A DNA stretch of 64,000 nt from Azolla caroliniana. Lineage: Eukaryota; Plantae; Polypodiophyta. This document shows positions 62,559 through 64,000 of this stretch, one piece after another. The stretch covers positions 10,354,001-10,418,000 of the forward strand of contig JBHGNT010000012.1 of assembly GCA_043228905.1 (NCBI GenBank), written 5' to 3'. The position numbers and the translations under genes were made by a program. Numbering within the stretch: position 1 is the first letter of the stretch; each line of letters begins with the position of its first letter. Below the pieces are notes generated by a model that worked only from the letters and a program-made list of their open reading frames with translations, was not told the DNA's origin and made no database searches.

Positions 62559-64000
62559 TGGCACCGGATGATGCAGGCTCGGTGAGGAGTGCTCACCGGA
62601 TGAAGGGACATATTCGTAAATATGTTTCTGAGAGTCCATTGGGGCTATATTTGTAAATAGCCGAAAATTCATATTAGTATAAATATGACTTGGGGAAAAC
62701 TTAGTAAATAGAGTTGTTGTCATTCTTGTTGGTGCAAGAACAGAGCGTGTAACTATGTACAGAGAGAGAGAGAGAGAAAGAGGTCGTTGCCTCTGTTGTA
62801 ACCGTCGCCTATGGCGAAGATAACAAGCTCGAGGTCGTTGCCTCAGTGCTTTACCATTGCACATTGTGATATAGTGATAGTTTGCAGCCTGTGGGCTGCG
62901 GTGGTTTTTCCCTACTTTGGGTTTTCCACGTTAACATCCCGTGTACTCTTCTCTCCGTTGTGTCGTGCTTTTCATTTCCCCTTTTCTGTGTATGATTCTA
63001 AGCTCGGTTGTGGCTGAGCGTTGCGCATAGGGAGCGTGCAGTTCCTGTCAAAGTGGTATCAGAGCGAAACGACACAGAAAATGGACGATTCGTTGGGAGG
63101 CATGTTCAAGCTCACCGGCTCCAACTATTCGGTGTGGAAGTCGAAGATGAGGGACATGCTCGTGGTTAAAGATTTTTGGTTGCCGGTTCAGTTCGGGGAC
63201 AAGAGACCAGACAAAATCGACGCCACGATATGGGACGTGATGCACATGAAGACAACGGCGTACATACGGTGCTTCATCGACATGAGCCTATACAACAACT
63301 TCAATGAAGAGAGCAAGGCTCATGAGCTCTAGGAGAAGATCGGCATTATGTTTCAAAACAAAAATGTTGTTAATTAGGTTTCGGTATTCCAGAAGCTAGT
63401 AAGACTCCGGTACCAAGATGGCTCCAACATGGCGGAGCACATGAATGCCTTCCAGGGGCTGATCCACCGGGCAACATCATGAGAAGTACGTCTTGCCGAT
63501 GAGGTACTAGCACTACTCCTGCTCGATTCCCTCCCAGATAGCTGGGAGACGTTGGTTGTCACCTTGGGCAACGCTGGGCCGGAAGGGAAATGTTTATCCC
63601 TAGCAAGAGTGAAGTCGAGCTTGCTAGATGAGGAGGCGCGTCGGAAAGATAAGGATACGAGCTCCGACCCCAAAGCGCTCCTTACCGAATCGGAACGCGG
63701 AAGACAAAGAAACCGTAGTCCCCAGAACCGGGAAAAGTCGGGGACACGGTCAAAGTCAAGGGGGAGGCCTACTTGCTTCTATTGCGGCAAGCTAGGACAC
63801 TTCCAGAAGAACTGTCGGCATTTCCGAAAAGACAAGGAAACCAACGGTACCGATTCGAAGCGGACACCGGACCGGAACGGTAGAGACAGGAGGGGGCCGG
63901 ACCGGAAGGGAACGACAGCAATCGCGGCAAGTGAAGAAGAGTTGATGCTCATCACCGGGGAGAGTGAGCTAAACCTTGCCGGCGGCGAGATGACCTGGGT
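62559..64000 (+). mobile_element. Tork/TAR-like Ty1/Copia 5' end: LTR ~62560-63050, tRNA-iMet PBS 63054-63065, decayed gag from 63081 running off the window
   Basis: PBS TGGTATCAGAGC; MFKLTGSNYSVWKSKMRDML, LLLDSLPDSWETLV and CFYCGKLGHFQKNC motifs. Confidence 0.9.

Overview
Eukaryotic, gene-free block made almost entirely of nested and decayed retrotransposons. The element types (Tcn1-like chromoviruses, non-chromovirus Ty3/Gypsy, one dominant Ty1/Copia family) suggest a non-seed land plant such as a fern; this is an inference. I can resolve four Tcn1-like copies (one nearly intact, 41227-46935, TSD GTCGG), two non-chromovirus Gypsy lineages, several Copia copies (one complete, 50342-55875, TSD ATCTA), three solo LTRs, L1-like and RTE-X-like LINE remnants, a probable hAT remnant beside an array of palindromes, and local tandem duplications. 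No host gene, rRNA, true tRNA gene or CRISPR array is supported. The most unusual signal is a tRNA-like Pol III A-box/B-box cassette, with 44-45 nt spacing, lying antisense in the U3 region of the LTRs of at least four otherwise dissimilar Gypsy families. Other notable points: 4-bp CpG-centred target sites for one lineage, a tRNA-Trp primer site with a post-protease -1 frameshift, Tf1-like self-priming, and a large extra ORF conserved between two diverged elements. All coordinates and alignments were read by eye.
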